Source: Planctomycetota bacterium (GTDB lineage Bacteria > Planctomycetota > SZUA-567 > H5-PLA8). Taken from it: a stretch of DNA of 64,000 nt. The stretch spans positions 32,001-96,000 of the forward strand of contig JBBRPR010000001.1 of the NCBI GenBank assembly GCA_038227875.1, in the 5' to 3' direction. The translations under genes were made by a program, and so were the position numbers. This document shows, in pieces, positions 37,001 to 44,597 of the stretch. How positions within the stretch are numbered: position 1 is the first letter of the stretch; each line of letters opens with the position of its first letter. The notes beneath the pieces were generated by a model. It was given only the letters and a program-made list of their open reading frames with translations, was not told where the DNA came from and ran no database searches.

Positions 37001-37922
37001 CATCGGCGTCGGCTGAAAGCCGTCCTGACGCGCCGTTGATCGAGACGTGAACTTTCTTGCCGCGCAGGACGACCGGCACCGCGGTCTTGGGAATCGTGAT
37101 CGTGAAACCGTTCTCCACGGGAACATCGGCATCCGTGGCAACCTTGCCGTTCGTATCGAGGATTTCGACGCCCTTGTCGGTGAGATGGAAATGGCGCTCC
37201 GAGGGCACAAGACGGTACCCGGTCCCGACCCTGTTCGTGAGCATGTAGAGCGTGAGGTGCTTGAACGTCGCCGTCGCGCTGAGGTACTTCTCTTTCGGAA
37301 TCAGCTCCTCCTCGCCGCTGAGGATGCGCAGCGCGACGGGCAGGCGCCGGAGTTCCGCGGGCATTTCGCGCACGGCGCTGCCGTCGACGGCGAGAATCGA
37401 GACAGGAAAAAGCGTGATGTCCAGCGTCCTGCCGTTTACGCGCAGCGTGGGATCAGCTGTCGTGATTTTATCGCCGGCGATGGTGAACGTGTGTGCACCG
37501 GGGTCGATTGTGTGTTCGCCATCGGCGAGTTTCAGTTCGAGCACGTCGGCGCGGCGCAGGAAACTGGTCTTACCGTTGCTTTCGTAGGTCAACTGAAACT
37601 GATGCGTCTTGTCGATCATGATCGCGCGCATGTAATTGCAGTAGTGATCGAACTCGGCCCTTGGATTGACCTCAGTGTCGGTCACCATCGGCTTGCCGCC
37701 GTTCCGCGCGAGCTGGCCGGAGGCTCCGGCGAGATCGGCCTTCGCTTTATCCAACTCGGCCTGAACGTTGATCTCCGTCATTGCCGTCGAGACCACTTGA
37801 TCGGGCGCGTCACTGCGGACCAGGCGCAGCGTCACCTCGAGCGCCGACGCGGCCGGGAGTATGCTCAAGGCAAGAGCAAAGGCGATTGCAGCGCGTGTCA
37901 ACGCGATTGGATTAGTGCTCAC
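31050..37922 (-). CDS. Giant secreted multidomain protein, paralog of 10529-16915
   Basis: Likely start GTG 37922 (GAGG upstream) followed by signal peptide AAIAFALALSILPAASA. GH42 trimerisation-like LDRFKVVIVPALHYL..LEKFAAKG, propeller, discoidin-like C-terminus. Confidence 0.78.
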   Translation of the reverse strand: MSTNPIALTRAAIAFALALSILPAASALEVTLRLVRSDAPDQVVSTAMTEINVQAELDKAKADLAGASGQLARNGGKPMVTDTEVNPRAEFDHYCNYMRAIMIDKTHQFQLTYESNGKTSFLRRADVLELKLADGEHTIDPGAHTFTIAGDKITTADPTLRVNGRTLDITLFPVSILAVDGSAVREMPAELRRLPVALRILSGEEELIPKEKYLSATATFKHLTLYMLTNRVGTGYRLVPSERHFHLTDKGVEILDTNGKVATDADVPVENGFTITIPKTAVPVVLRGKKVHVSINGASGRLSADADENKKETTKTFYAYSASDGASISTGTRVAVSARFHGDFGAFPRRKIIVDATSSESHEPRIFQVALPGYESETGKPLRIRAQFTDAFDNGTLAPPEVAAYLWQPPVLQDDGILRGSPDETTNLAEWRQLRLEGTSEADIYNAIMPAVASNVYWLRIVIDKRGYCSPASPLRADFIQGIIDSAARTNLSVFSPTGRHAFLNGADLPLSVVVKSSAAVPASHLHLVLKRGAEEFALVDQEIPALEPGCHPFHFVVQGKATAALAAGDYTASAALGAVTSNTWSLHVARARAQSSFPIYGSGRFSHYNVDAGKQWVNVPPSITAANESREAFRRNASILGRELDTVLLDWYGFHPLSDYMGRDSSSEVAEVEKVLRHAPALPSHEVYYYQNHFESVHEALMREGISEVNGAVCNLSMISLMHSVVKDVHSEMRKFQLIAQIGRKFENFDGLALVYPNTDPLGNSEIVDPGRHARMEAQNKNFKAKYGYDVPTMAPGTQFINALLHGTPVTEALADQAKQWEAWQFECNSLMGDFYGTARKAVDPIIPGMKLVNEGPGWGFTGNGTYPVTANANQGPLMVWTGFSDFGYSLILEPFLRPKFLQMTGDEIWGTLFTYTGMHGNIKKHVIEHLAAGVHGLGFAGTRPLLEVDDHAKTYLPEDYQQIRDFLHTYGPMFKHVKPQGEIAVLYPFHQTMYELMAINHEKWKMNIGVSGTYTCITQLALLGYDSEVLSEEMIDKGELDRFKVVIVPALHYLLPQHKLALEKFAAKGNAVLLGSLSTLVPSGAKLIDDDFEELGDVNTRSRDPLDIEHAWWFSQMRSRIPKLREALTAVKAQPFARPETDHLMVQTNRAGDARYTFVWNMTYPSFMGTPRLTGNPDNSSFDGEANEQTVMPRRETLWLQSDYTTYDLLTEQPIDTSVQKDGRTSVACDLTFTPYRIFVSLPQAIAALRLEAPEAATLGTQALIKITPLDKAGHPINASIPLRISILDGAGKPVDTLYAAAVNACDSAVSLPLGFAPGKWTISVDDLLSGHRVEASISVDKPQNLPFTAALKVLPVVDVQRADLVREFIESRKKDGEGIWILLSETQAASKLPLAEEAVKQLAALGIKAEIKRTDNPDVYAKEERLHLWEGWSELPPAQYIEHHFMLLGGEGENALIEELQEGQLLARSLTVSYPGPGRGMLTVVRSPFAFGRDVLCAFGPDDAGIRAALAELSKLAAPEVKKAEVAPAKLAATQKDTAVPPTADSAPFANQDGSPVETISVSPSGDRIAFGTLAYAKNVFVFDAAGKPLLEEKIGHINTLGLEQFPDNQHLAVLSDGTLYLREPDGSLRWRLNFGRNRDMQDYVDPQGRYLVLNEGTAMRVLDMELKTLWQFDEWEKCENTFEILFGRAARFMATAEGGKTLIYRLTGKAPGIAGKEADDVIFCDALTGQEQRRAPVELAVIREFAHFPPDKQAKLKKLTALNEGAFFLAELTGLPTSIYVLLDGNLKPIAYPRFTMPTFMGGSVNFSQHALLSSRQFVFTIGDTLSVTNPDWTEAHSVCMNAMILSLVSDENRQRIIISDSTGHLTAFDYTLKKLWETDLHGGAQIALLKDGRIAAGTTRGDAMLLDPDGHALWSQSLKRVAPPEDIEKRWAELESLPSLKGAGRENWWERLAQNVTLGEDIAKLSGTFNAGKPLTAQFQGAPFGTYLVEWHYGRAVPACSLSLEFTETERSADGKPAAKISRLARSGQAQEKEYIERAVLRLGDRAETVDVSVKSFGDKDVFSQVVVRPIQFPSDDLIRIPALYRNMNSDAAYTNPPARVEMYPVPADQWTGWWCEPMCLINGRMLEREPGLLGGKWFGGNNTAQVSSNSAHVPCYVEITLPKKHFITHVAIAEDPDLARVETLTIDTFIESRETRSGVTEAEARQAKKGYWQNAVKRKGNQSCYNVYKLPKTVYTNKLRVYLLNGYSSIDEIEVYETIPEELKRAAKSVNPSKEEKADAEKHP

Positions 37923-39345
37923 CGCTCGACCTCGTTTCCAGTTTCGTTTTGATTTTGTCCTGCCACACCCGGGAAGCGGCGCGGACTTCGCTGTTCGGAT
38001 CCAGGAGCATCGATTCCAGCAGCGGCAGGTCGTACTCATCGAGTACGCCGGTGTAGATGTAGAGCCCGAGCGTCTGCGTCGCCTCGAAGCGGACTTCGTC
38101 GGCTTCGTTGGTCAGGAAGCCCAGCAGTTCTTTGCGCGCCTCGCTGGTCCGCAATTCCGGTTCGCGCAGCAGCTTCAGAAAGACCGGTGCGAGCGTCCAG
38201 TCGCTCATGTTGCGCGCCAGGGGCCGCGCCGCCGGGCGTCCGATCTGGTGAATGGCGTCCTGGGCCGCCTCGGAAAGCTGGCGGACGCTTGTTTCCTTCA
38301 GCAGTTCGGCGATGGGACGGCCCGCGCGTTCACATTTGAACTTTCCCAGCAGCTGCACGGTCTGAATATAGAGCTCCGTGAGATCGTTGTTGGCACCGAG
38401 TTCCTTGCGCGGAAGTTTGAGCGTGTTGAGCAGCGTCGGCACGCAGCGCGCGTCGCCGAGTTTTCCGGCGATGACGGCGAGCGTGCCATTGTTGATCAGC
38501 ACCGGCAGGTGATTTTCCAGCGCGTCCTTGTCGTAGGGAATCGGCACGATGCGTCCGAGGCAGACGCCGACGACGTCGGAGCCCATCGCATCGATGGCGT
38601 GAATGATGGCCTGGCGGTTGAAACTGTTCTCGCGTTCCAGCGCTTCGATCAGCGCGGGGACGGCGTCGGTCGCTTTCGCCTCGCCCAGTGCGCGGATCGC
38701 GGCATGGCGGACCTGCGGGCTGGGTTCCTTCCAGACCACTTTGTCGACAAGCTTTGGATTGGTTTGCGGGGCACCGGGAGTGGTGTCGGGCACGCGTTCG
38801 ATTTCATAGGACAATCGCGCCGTCAAGCTGCCGAACAGATCCGTGCGGCGGCCGCGCCGGATCGCTTCGGCTGCAGCCATCCGAACCATTTCCAGCGGAT
38901 CAGCGGTTGCGGATCTCAGCGCTTGATCGCACTCCGGCGTGTGCAAATCCGTGAGCCCCATCACCGCTGCGACGCGCACCGCGGGATATGGATCGGATGA
39001 CAACGCGATCAGGGTTGCGCTCGCGCTGGCATCCGCGCCGCACTGCGTAATCGCCCACGTGACGGTGGCACGGAGTTCATCGTCCTTGGTCTGCGCGAGA
39101 GCAACGAGCGCCGGCAGCGCCGACTTTGCCTTGATCTGACCCAGCGCCTGCGCGGCAAGATCCGGTCGCGGCCCTTTCAGCGCATTCGTGAGTTCTCCGA
39201 CGGCCGCTTCGCCCTGCTTCACCACCGCGGCCAGTTCCGCGGGATTGTCGAGATGCGCGATCTGTTCGGCCAACTCCGCAGCGTACAAGTTCCACGCGAG
39301 TGTGCTGGCCAGCAGTGTTACGAGGAGTAGAGATCGTGGCATCAT
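37912..39345 (-). CDS. Secreted HEAT-repeat protein
   Basis: ATGA overlap with the upstream gene, signal peptide, repeats such as VRHAAIRALGEAKATDAVPALIEAL and DPNSEVRAAS. Confidence 0.88.
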   Translation of the reverse strand: MMPRSLLLVTLLASTLAWNLYAAELAEQIAHLDNPAELAAVVKQGEAAVGELTNALKGPRPDLAAQALGQIKAKSALPALVALAQTKDDELRATVTWAITQCGADASASATLIALSSDPYPAVRVAAVMGLTDLHTPECDQALRSATADPLEMVRMAAAEAIRRGRRTDLFGSLTARLSYEIERVPDTTPGAPQTNPKLVDKVVWKEPSPQVRHAAIRALGEAKATDAVPALIEALERENSFNRQAIIHAIDAMGSDVVGVCLGRIVPIPYDKDALENHLPVLINNGTLAVIAGKLGDARCVPTLLNTLKLPRKELGANNDLTELYIQTVQLLGKFKCERAGRPIAELLKETSVRQLSEAAQDAIHQIGRPAARPLARNMSDWTLAPVFLKLLREPELRTSEARKELLGFLTNEADEVRFEATQTLGLYIYTGVLDEYDLPLLESMLLDPNSEVRAASRVWQDKIKTKLETRSSGEH

Positions 39346-42300
39346 TTCAGTTCCAGGTGCAAGTCGGCCCAATTTGCAATGTCGTCGTCGCGGCCGTCGC
39401 CGCCATCGTTGACCCAGAGCATGATGGAGATCTGATCCGAGACGTCGAGGTCAAAGGTTTTTGGTTCGCTGTACGCGGTCATGTAGTTGGAATCGAAGAG
39501 CGTCTTCTTGTTCAGCCCGCCGACGTAAAAGCGGACCGTGCCGCGCCCATTGGTGCAGTTGTCGATGCCGACGACGCCGTGGAGCGTTTTGTATTGCTTG
39601 TTGAGGCAGAGCACGATCAGGCTTTCGTCGAGCTTTGCGCCGGAATTGGTGCCGAGGCCTTTGCGGACCGTTTCCGGTTTCTTCAGGAACGACATCGCGG
39701 AGCCGATCACGTTCTTGTCGCGGCTGATGAAGGGCGCCGCCGGTCCGGCGGTGCCGCATAGCAGCGAAAGATCCGACGCATAGATTTTCCTGGAGCGCAG
39801 CGGTCCGCCCCAGTAGCAGTAGCTGGTCGCTTCGCTGTCGGGCGCGCCGGCGTTGACGAAGCGCAGCGTCGCGGATGGTTTGCCCGCGAAGAATGAATTG
39901 GGGATGATGTATTCGATGTCGCGCCAGCGGTAGCGGCGGTCAGCCAGCGGCGCGCACCATTGTCCCACGAACTGGTCGTTGCAATACACCTTCACGAGCT
40001 GGTTGCGCACGGAGTAGTTGATGCGTTTGCGCAGCATCAAATCGGCGTTGCCGAATTTCGAGACGTCGACGCTGAAACTTTCCTGACCCTTGAAGTGGCG
40101 TCCCGTGTCGATGATGTGGCGGCCGTATTCCGAGAAGTAATAACTGTCGACGGGGCCGACGAGATGGCTCTCTGTCGCCGCGTACTGCGCTGCCTTCTCG
40201 TCCTCGGCATCGCCGACATCAAGGTAGAACGAGAACTGCGTCTTCCACGCGGATTCCGGTGCGTCGTCGTAGACGATCACCGCGCGTTCGAGCTGCCGGA
40301 TCAGCGTTGTCGCATCGCTGTTGCTGAAGAGTGCATACTGTGGCGCGGGGCGCAGCGTGAGCTGCGGGCTTTCGCCGGCGTCGACTGAATTCCCAAATGT
40401 GTCGTAGATCGCATCCGGCCTAGTTGTGAACGGCAGCACGCTGGTGCCTTCGCGCCGCCACGACGCGAGCAGCAATGTGCCATCGGGACGCTTGAAAAGA
40501 TACGCGCGAGCCAGGCCGTCGCAGCGGTCGTTGAGAAAAACTTCACGGACAATCGTGGCGTCCTTCATCAGCGTGCTGACGGTCTTGGTCGCGATCGCGG
40601 CGGGCTTGATCGCGAAGCCTTCGCCAATGGGATAGATCAGGTCCGCGGAATTCTTCTCCGCGATTGTCTGCGTGCCGTCGGGCTGGACAAGAATGTTGTT
40701 GATGCCTTGTGCCTGGCATATCACCCACGCACGCGGAATGTAAAGCGCCTGGTTGAGTTCGCTGACCGAGCCCTGCGTGTCGCCGGTATTCCACGCGAGG
40801 TTCAGCACCCACAGCTCCGGCTTCACCTGCTCTTCCTTGCGCAATTTCTGTGCGCGGGCGAGCACGGCGTCGAGGTTTCCATCCTCTGGCGAAAGCGGGG
40901 CAGGGGAGGGCATGATGCCGATGCCGTCGACGTAATTCTGGCCGCCGGCTTCGATCACGCCGGCCAGGTACGTGTTGAGATTCTCGTACGGGATCGCACC
41001 GGAGATCAGCTTCGCCTTCGGATTCGCCTCCGTTGCGGCGCGCTTCGCGACTTCGAGCATCTTGTCGGTGTACTCTTCCGGCGTCGCGAAGTTCGCCTGA
41101 TCGGGGCGGTCCCACACGACCCACGTGTCAACCTGGCCAGCGAAATGTTCGAGCGTGCGGTGGACGTATTCTTCGAAGTAGATTGACCGCGTGGGCATCG
41201 CCACGGTGCTGCCGAACCATTCGTTGTAAAGTGAAATGTAGCGCGCACTGGGGTCGTAAAATTGCGGCGTGAAGCCCAGCGTGCCGATGACCGTTAGGCC
41301 CGCGTCCGTGCGTTTCTGGATGCCCGGCGTCAGCCAGTCGAATTGGAAGTAGCCAGGGAAATTTTCAATCGCCGGGCTGTTCTGCGTTGAGTGCCAGGTG
41401 AAGAGCATGTTGTCGGTGCGAAAGCCGAGCTCGGCGACGAGCTTGTTGCGGTCCCGCAGGATCGCGAAGAGTTCCGGCGCAGCCAGCGGTTTGCCCTGCG
41501 GTTCGTAGACGAGGAAATTCTGTTCCGGGTGCGGATTCTCGGCGGTCTTCGCCGGCGGAATCGTGGCGATAACTTTGCCGTTCGCGCGAGCTTCGAAGGT
41601 AAACGCGTAGGGCCCCATCGGCAGGTTCGTCACCGATGCGCGCTGGACATGTCGCGAACCCGGCGGAATTGTGGCGGTGCCCTCGGAGATCAGCGGCAGC
41701 TGTTTGCCGAAGAGATTCTCCAGCTTCGCGTTGAACTGGACCTGGAGTGCCTCGCCCCACAGCCACGCGTTGGAGATGACCACGGCAATCGCGTCGTTGC
41801 GGTAGAGCAGTCCCGACGGCTTGTTGGAATAGGTGCGAACGATGGGGCTGTCGGTCTTCTCGGCCTGCGACCACAGTTCGATGTCGTCGACCAGAATCTC
41901 CGCGTTCGTCGGTCCAGAGATCGTGACGTGATCCAGCGTCAACGGGTAGTCCACGACGCCGTTGGATTCCGGCGACGGCGAGCGCCGCGCTTCCGGCGCG
42001 GAGTAATCCGGCATCGGCAGCTCCACGTAGCGCCAATCGCCGGCGGACACATCGACGGGGCCGACAGTCCACGTGTCGTAGCGAATTTCTCCCATGTGGT
42101 TGATGCCCGGATCGCGCAGTTGCATGCGGACCTGCGCGGCAACCGGTGCCTTTATCCACAGGCCAAGTTTGACTGGACGGCCGGTCAGCGTGAGCGACAG
42201 GGGAATGTTGGTCTGGGAGGGCGCTCCCGGCGGAATCAGTGGCGCGCCGGGAGCGGATTTCAGCGGCTGCGGCCGCACAATCACGCCGAGTTCCCCGGAG

Positions 42301-43688
42301 TGTTTGGCGAGCGGCGAGCTTTCCAGCGCGCCGCCAACGTCGGGAAACTTTACCTGCTCGAAGTCTTCCAGAACCATCCGCCAATTCGCGTGGCCGATGA
42401 CGTCGAACACGGAGTCGGAATTGTCGGAGTTCACTTCAGTCCACGTCCCGGTGACGTAAAAGGGACCCGCATTGGTTTCGGTCACCGTCAGCGTCACGAC
42501 TTTCTCCGCCGCTTGGCCCGCGGCGGCCGTAACGTCGATCTCGAGTTTTGGCAGCGTCGCGCCGCGGTAGTCGGTGACTGTGCCGCTGAAGTGAATCGTC
42601 CGGTCCTTGCCCAGCGCCGCCGCGCGCAATTTGAATTCCAGCGGCTGCGGACACGCGCCAAAGACGCGCGCTGTACTCATGCGAGCGGTGATGCCCTCAG
42701 GCTGCGAGTTGGGCTTGATCTTGCTGCCGGTATAGCTGACGGGCACCACCGCGTCGCTGCCGGTGAGGCTCACGATCGTGTCGCGTTGGGTGAGGACGTC
42801 CAGGTCGTCGATGTGAATCGCTGTGCCGGGAGGTCCCTGGAAGACCAGTTCCTTGAGCGTCGTACGGTACTCTTCACCCGGCTTCGACGTCGGCGCGATA
42901 GGCAACTCGACGTAGCGCCAGTCGGCTTGCGTCAGGGTCAGCGGTTCTGCCGTGCGCGTGTCGGGGCGGCCTTTGTCCTGCATTACCGCTGAGAACTGTA
43001 CGTTGCCGAAGCAGTGGACGAACAATCCCAGTCGTGCGGCACGGCCGGGGAGAGGCGTGTTGAATGTCAGCCGCTTCGTCGCGAATTTTCCGCCCGCGTC
43101 GAGATCTTTGGGCAGATGCAAGACCAGCCCGGTGTGGCCACGCCAGCCAACGCTGTACTGTGCGGCGAAATTGTATTCGAGCTCATCCTTTTCCGGCTTG
43201 AACTTCGGCAGCTCAAAGTCGTCGATTCGCGAGCGGCTGTTCGGTAGCGCGAAGGAGTCGGCGAGCTCACCTTTCTCAGTGCCGTCTTTTTCAGCCCACG
43301 TTCCCGTGAAGAAGAACGGCCCGACGTTCTGCGCGGAAGGCTTGGCGATGTGCGTGTCGGCTTTTGTTTCGCCTTGTTTGAGTGCGATGTCGAAGGCGAC
43401 TTTGCCGTCCGGGACTTCCGCGCCGTAGAAATCCTTGAGCGTGCCTTCGATATGTATGGTGGCGAGGGGTTGGCCAGGCTTGAGCTGCTTGGCGAGCACG
43501 CTCGCCTTCACTTCGATCTGATTCGGCTCCGGTTCAGCAAGGATCGTGAAGACCGTGAGTACCACTTTCGGCGGCGGCGGCGCGTCGCCGGCGATGGCGT
43601 GCGCGCACAGTAGCGCAGCGAGTGTCGCCAGGAGAATCCGGAATTTGCGGTCGAATGCAGCCACGCGTGCCTCTCTTCGAAAAATCAA
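39342..43688 (-). CDS. Secreted tandem (Ig + CBM11-like) x2 / GH39-GH5-like barrel lacking catalytic Glu / NPCBM(NEW2) protein
   Basis: Two DDFE/EDFE..DWRYVELP..DD[LI] modules, barrel WVVWDRPD..VDGIGIMP..LWVLNLAW, C-terminal NPCBM (KGLGTNS..GVVGID..LFDS..IANWAD). Start TTG 43688 or GTG 43664. Confidence 0.8.
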   Translation of the reverse strand: MIFRREARVAAFDRKFRILLATLAALLCAHAIAGDAPPPPKVVLTVFTILAEPEPNQIEVKASVLAKQLKPGQPLATIHIEGTLKDFYGAEVPDGKVAFDIALKQGETKADTHIAKPSAQNVGPFFFTGTWAEKDGTEKGELADSFALPNSRSRIDDFELPKFKPEKDELEYNFAAQYSVGWRGHTGLVLHLPKDLDAGGKFATKRLTFNTPLPGRAARLGLFVHCFGNVQFSAVMQDKGRPDTRTAEPLTLTQADWRYVELPIAPTSKPGEEYRTTLKELVFQGPPGTAIHIDDLDVLTQRDTIVSLTGSDAVVPVSYTGSKIKPNSQPEGITARMSTARVFGACPQPLEFKLRAAALGKDRTIHFSGTVTDYRGATLPKLEIDVTAAAGQAAEKVVTLTVTETNAGPFYVTGTWTEVNSDNSDSVFDVIGHANWRMVLEDFEQVKFPDVGGALESSPLAKHSGELGVIVRPQPLKSAPGAPLIPPGAPSQTNIPLSLTLTGRPVKLGLWIKAPVAAQVRMQLRDPGINHMGEIRYDTWTVGPVDVSAGDWRYVELPMPDYSAPEARRSPSPESNGVVDYPLTLDHVTISGPTNAEILVDDIELWSQAEKTDSPIVRTYSNKPSGLLYRNDAIAVVISNAWLWGEALQVQFNAKLENLFGKQLPLISEGTATIPPGSRHVQRASVTNLPMGPYAFTFEARANGKVIATIPPAKTAENPHPEQNFLVYEPQGKPLAAPELFAILRDRNKLVAELGFRTDNMLFTWHSTQNSPAIENFPGYFQFDWLTPGIQKRTDAGLTVIGTLGFTPQFYDPSARYISLYNEWFGSTVAMPTRSIYFEEYVHRTLEHFAGQVDTWVVWDRPDQANFATPEEYTDKMLEVAKRAATEANPKAKLISGAIPYENLNTYLAGVIEAGGQNYVDGIGIMPSPAPLSPEDGNLDAVLARAQKLRKEEQVKPELWVLNLAWNTGDTQGSVSELNQALYIPRAWVICQAQGINNILVQPDGTQTIAEKNSADLIYPIGEGFAIKPAAIATKTVSTLMKDATIVREVFLNDRCDGLARAYLFKRPDGTLLLASWRREGTSVLPFTTRPDAIYDTFGNSVDAGESPQLTLRPAPQYALFSNSDATTLIRQLERAVIVYDDAPESAWKTQFSFYLDVGDAEDEKAAQYAATESHLVGPVDSYYFSEYGRHIIDTGRHFKGQESFSVDVSKFGNADLMLRKRINYSVRNQLVKVYCNDQFVGQWCAPLADRRYRWRDIEYIIPNSFFAGKPSATLRFVNAGAPDSEATSYCYWGGPLRSRKIYASDLSLLCGTAGPAAPFISRDKNVIGSAMSFLKKPETVRKGLGTNSGAKLDESLIVLCLNKQYKTLHGVVGIDNCTNGRGTVRFYVGGLNKKTLFDSNYMTAYSEPKTFDLDVSDQISIMLWVNDGGDGRDDDIANWADLHLELK

Positions 43689-44566
43689 TGCGTCATTGCG
43701 TAAAGAATGAAATTCACGCCCATGCGGTATCCGGCTTCGCGCATGCCGCCGAACATATCCATGTTATGCATGCCGGTGCCGAGCGGATTGGACGGCGTCG
43801 GCGGGCTGGAGACTTCCCACATGCAACCGATGTCCGGCGGCGTGTAGAGAATCCGCAGGTAGCCTTGCACGATCATGCCTTCGAACGGATTGGAGCCGAG
43901 AATCTGCGGCAGGCCGCGTTCGTTCACTTTCGTCCAGGCGAATTTCAGTTTCAGAATGCTGGAGACCGCCGCCGCGCATTGTTCGATCGGCGTAAATTCG
44001 CCTTCAGGATAGACGCGCTTCATCTCGCCGTGAAAAGACGGGCCGAAAGCATTATTGCCATAGAGACAGTCATCGGCGTGGAGGAAACCGCCGTTGTCGA
44101 GGTACTTGCGCAGGCCGTCCTTCTCGCCTTCGGAGAGGCAGAAGGAATTGTGCGCGGTCATGTACACGTACGGCCAGTCGGTCAGCTCCGGGTCGTCAAA
44201 CGTGAGCGGCTTGCGCGGCTGCAGCGCCTGTGCGTCCATGCCGGTGCGTTTGTGAAATTGATCGACCATCGCCGGCACCGCGGTGGGGTCGCAGTCCCAA
44301 TCGGAATTGAATTTGATCTCGCGCATGACGAAGCGCCGGCGGTTGCGCACGAAATCCTGCGGCACTTCATCGTCCGCCTGATCCTCGGCCTGCTCTTTCA
44401 GCAGCGACTCGCGCTCTTCGGCTGACAGGCCGACGATGCCCGTGTCCGCCGACGATTCTTGCGCGTCGCCCTGGAGCTCCGCGTTCCAGTTTTCTTCGGC
44501 AGCGCAGACGCTCGCGGCGCTTAGCGCAACCATTGCGATCAGCAGCGGCACGGTCCGTAATTTCAT
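43685..44566 (-). CDS. Secreted DUF4159 domain protein
   Basis: Signal peptide, then DWDCDPTA..LTDWPYVYMTAH..LRKYLDNGGFLHADDC..GVNFILYAMTH. Confidence 0.9.
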   Translation of the reverse strand: MKLRTVPLLIAMVALSAASVCAAEENWNAELQGDAQESSADTGIVGLSAEERESLLKEQAEDQADDEVPQDFVRNRRRFVMREIKFNSDWDCDPTAVPAMVDQFHKRTGMDAQALQPRKPLTFDDPELTDWPYVYMTAHNSFCLSEGEKDGLRKYLDNGGFLHADDCLYGNNAFGPSFHGEMKRVYPEGEFTPIEQCAAAVSSILKLKFAWTKVNERGLPQILGSNPFEGMIVQGYLRILYTPPDIGCMWEVSSPPTPSNPLGTGMHNMDMFGGMREAGYRMGVNFILYAMTH

Positions 44567-44597
44567 CGCCTCGCCTCCACCTTTAAGAGAACTGCGC

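Noticed and set aside
37923..38039. ORF-track start of the 2329-aa protein at 38039
   Set aside because: It overlaps the HEAT gene by over 100 bp. GTG 37922 has an RBS and gives a clean signal peptide.
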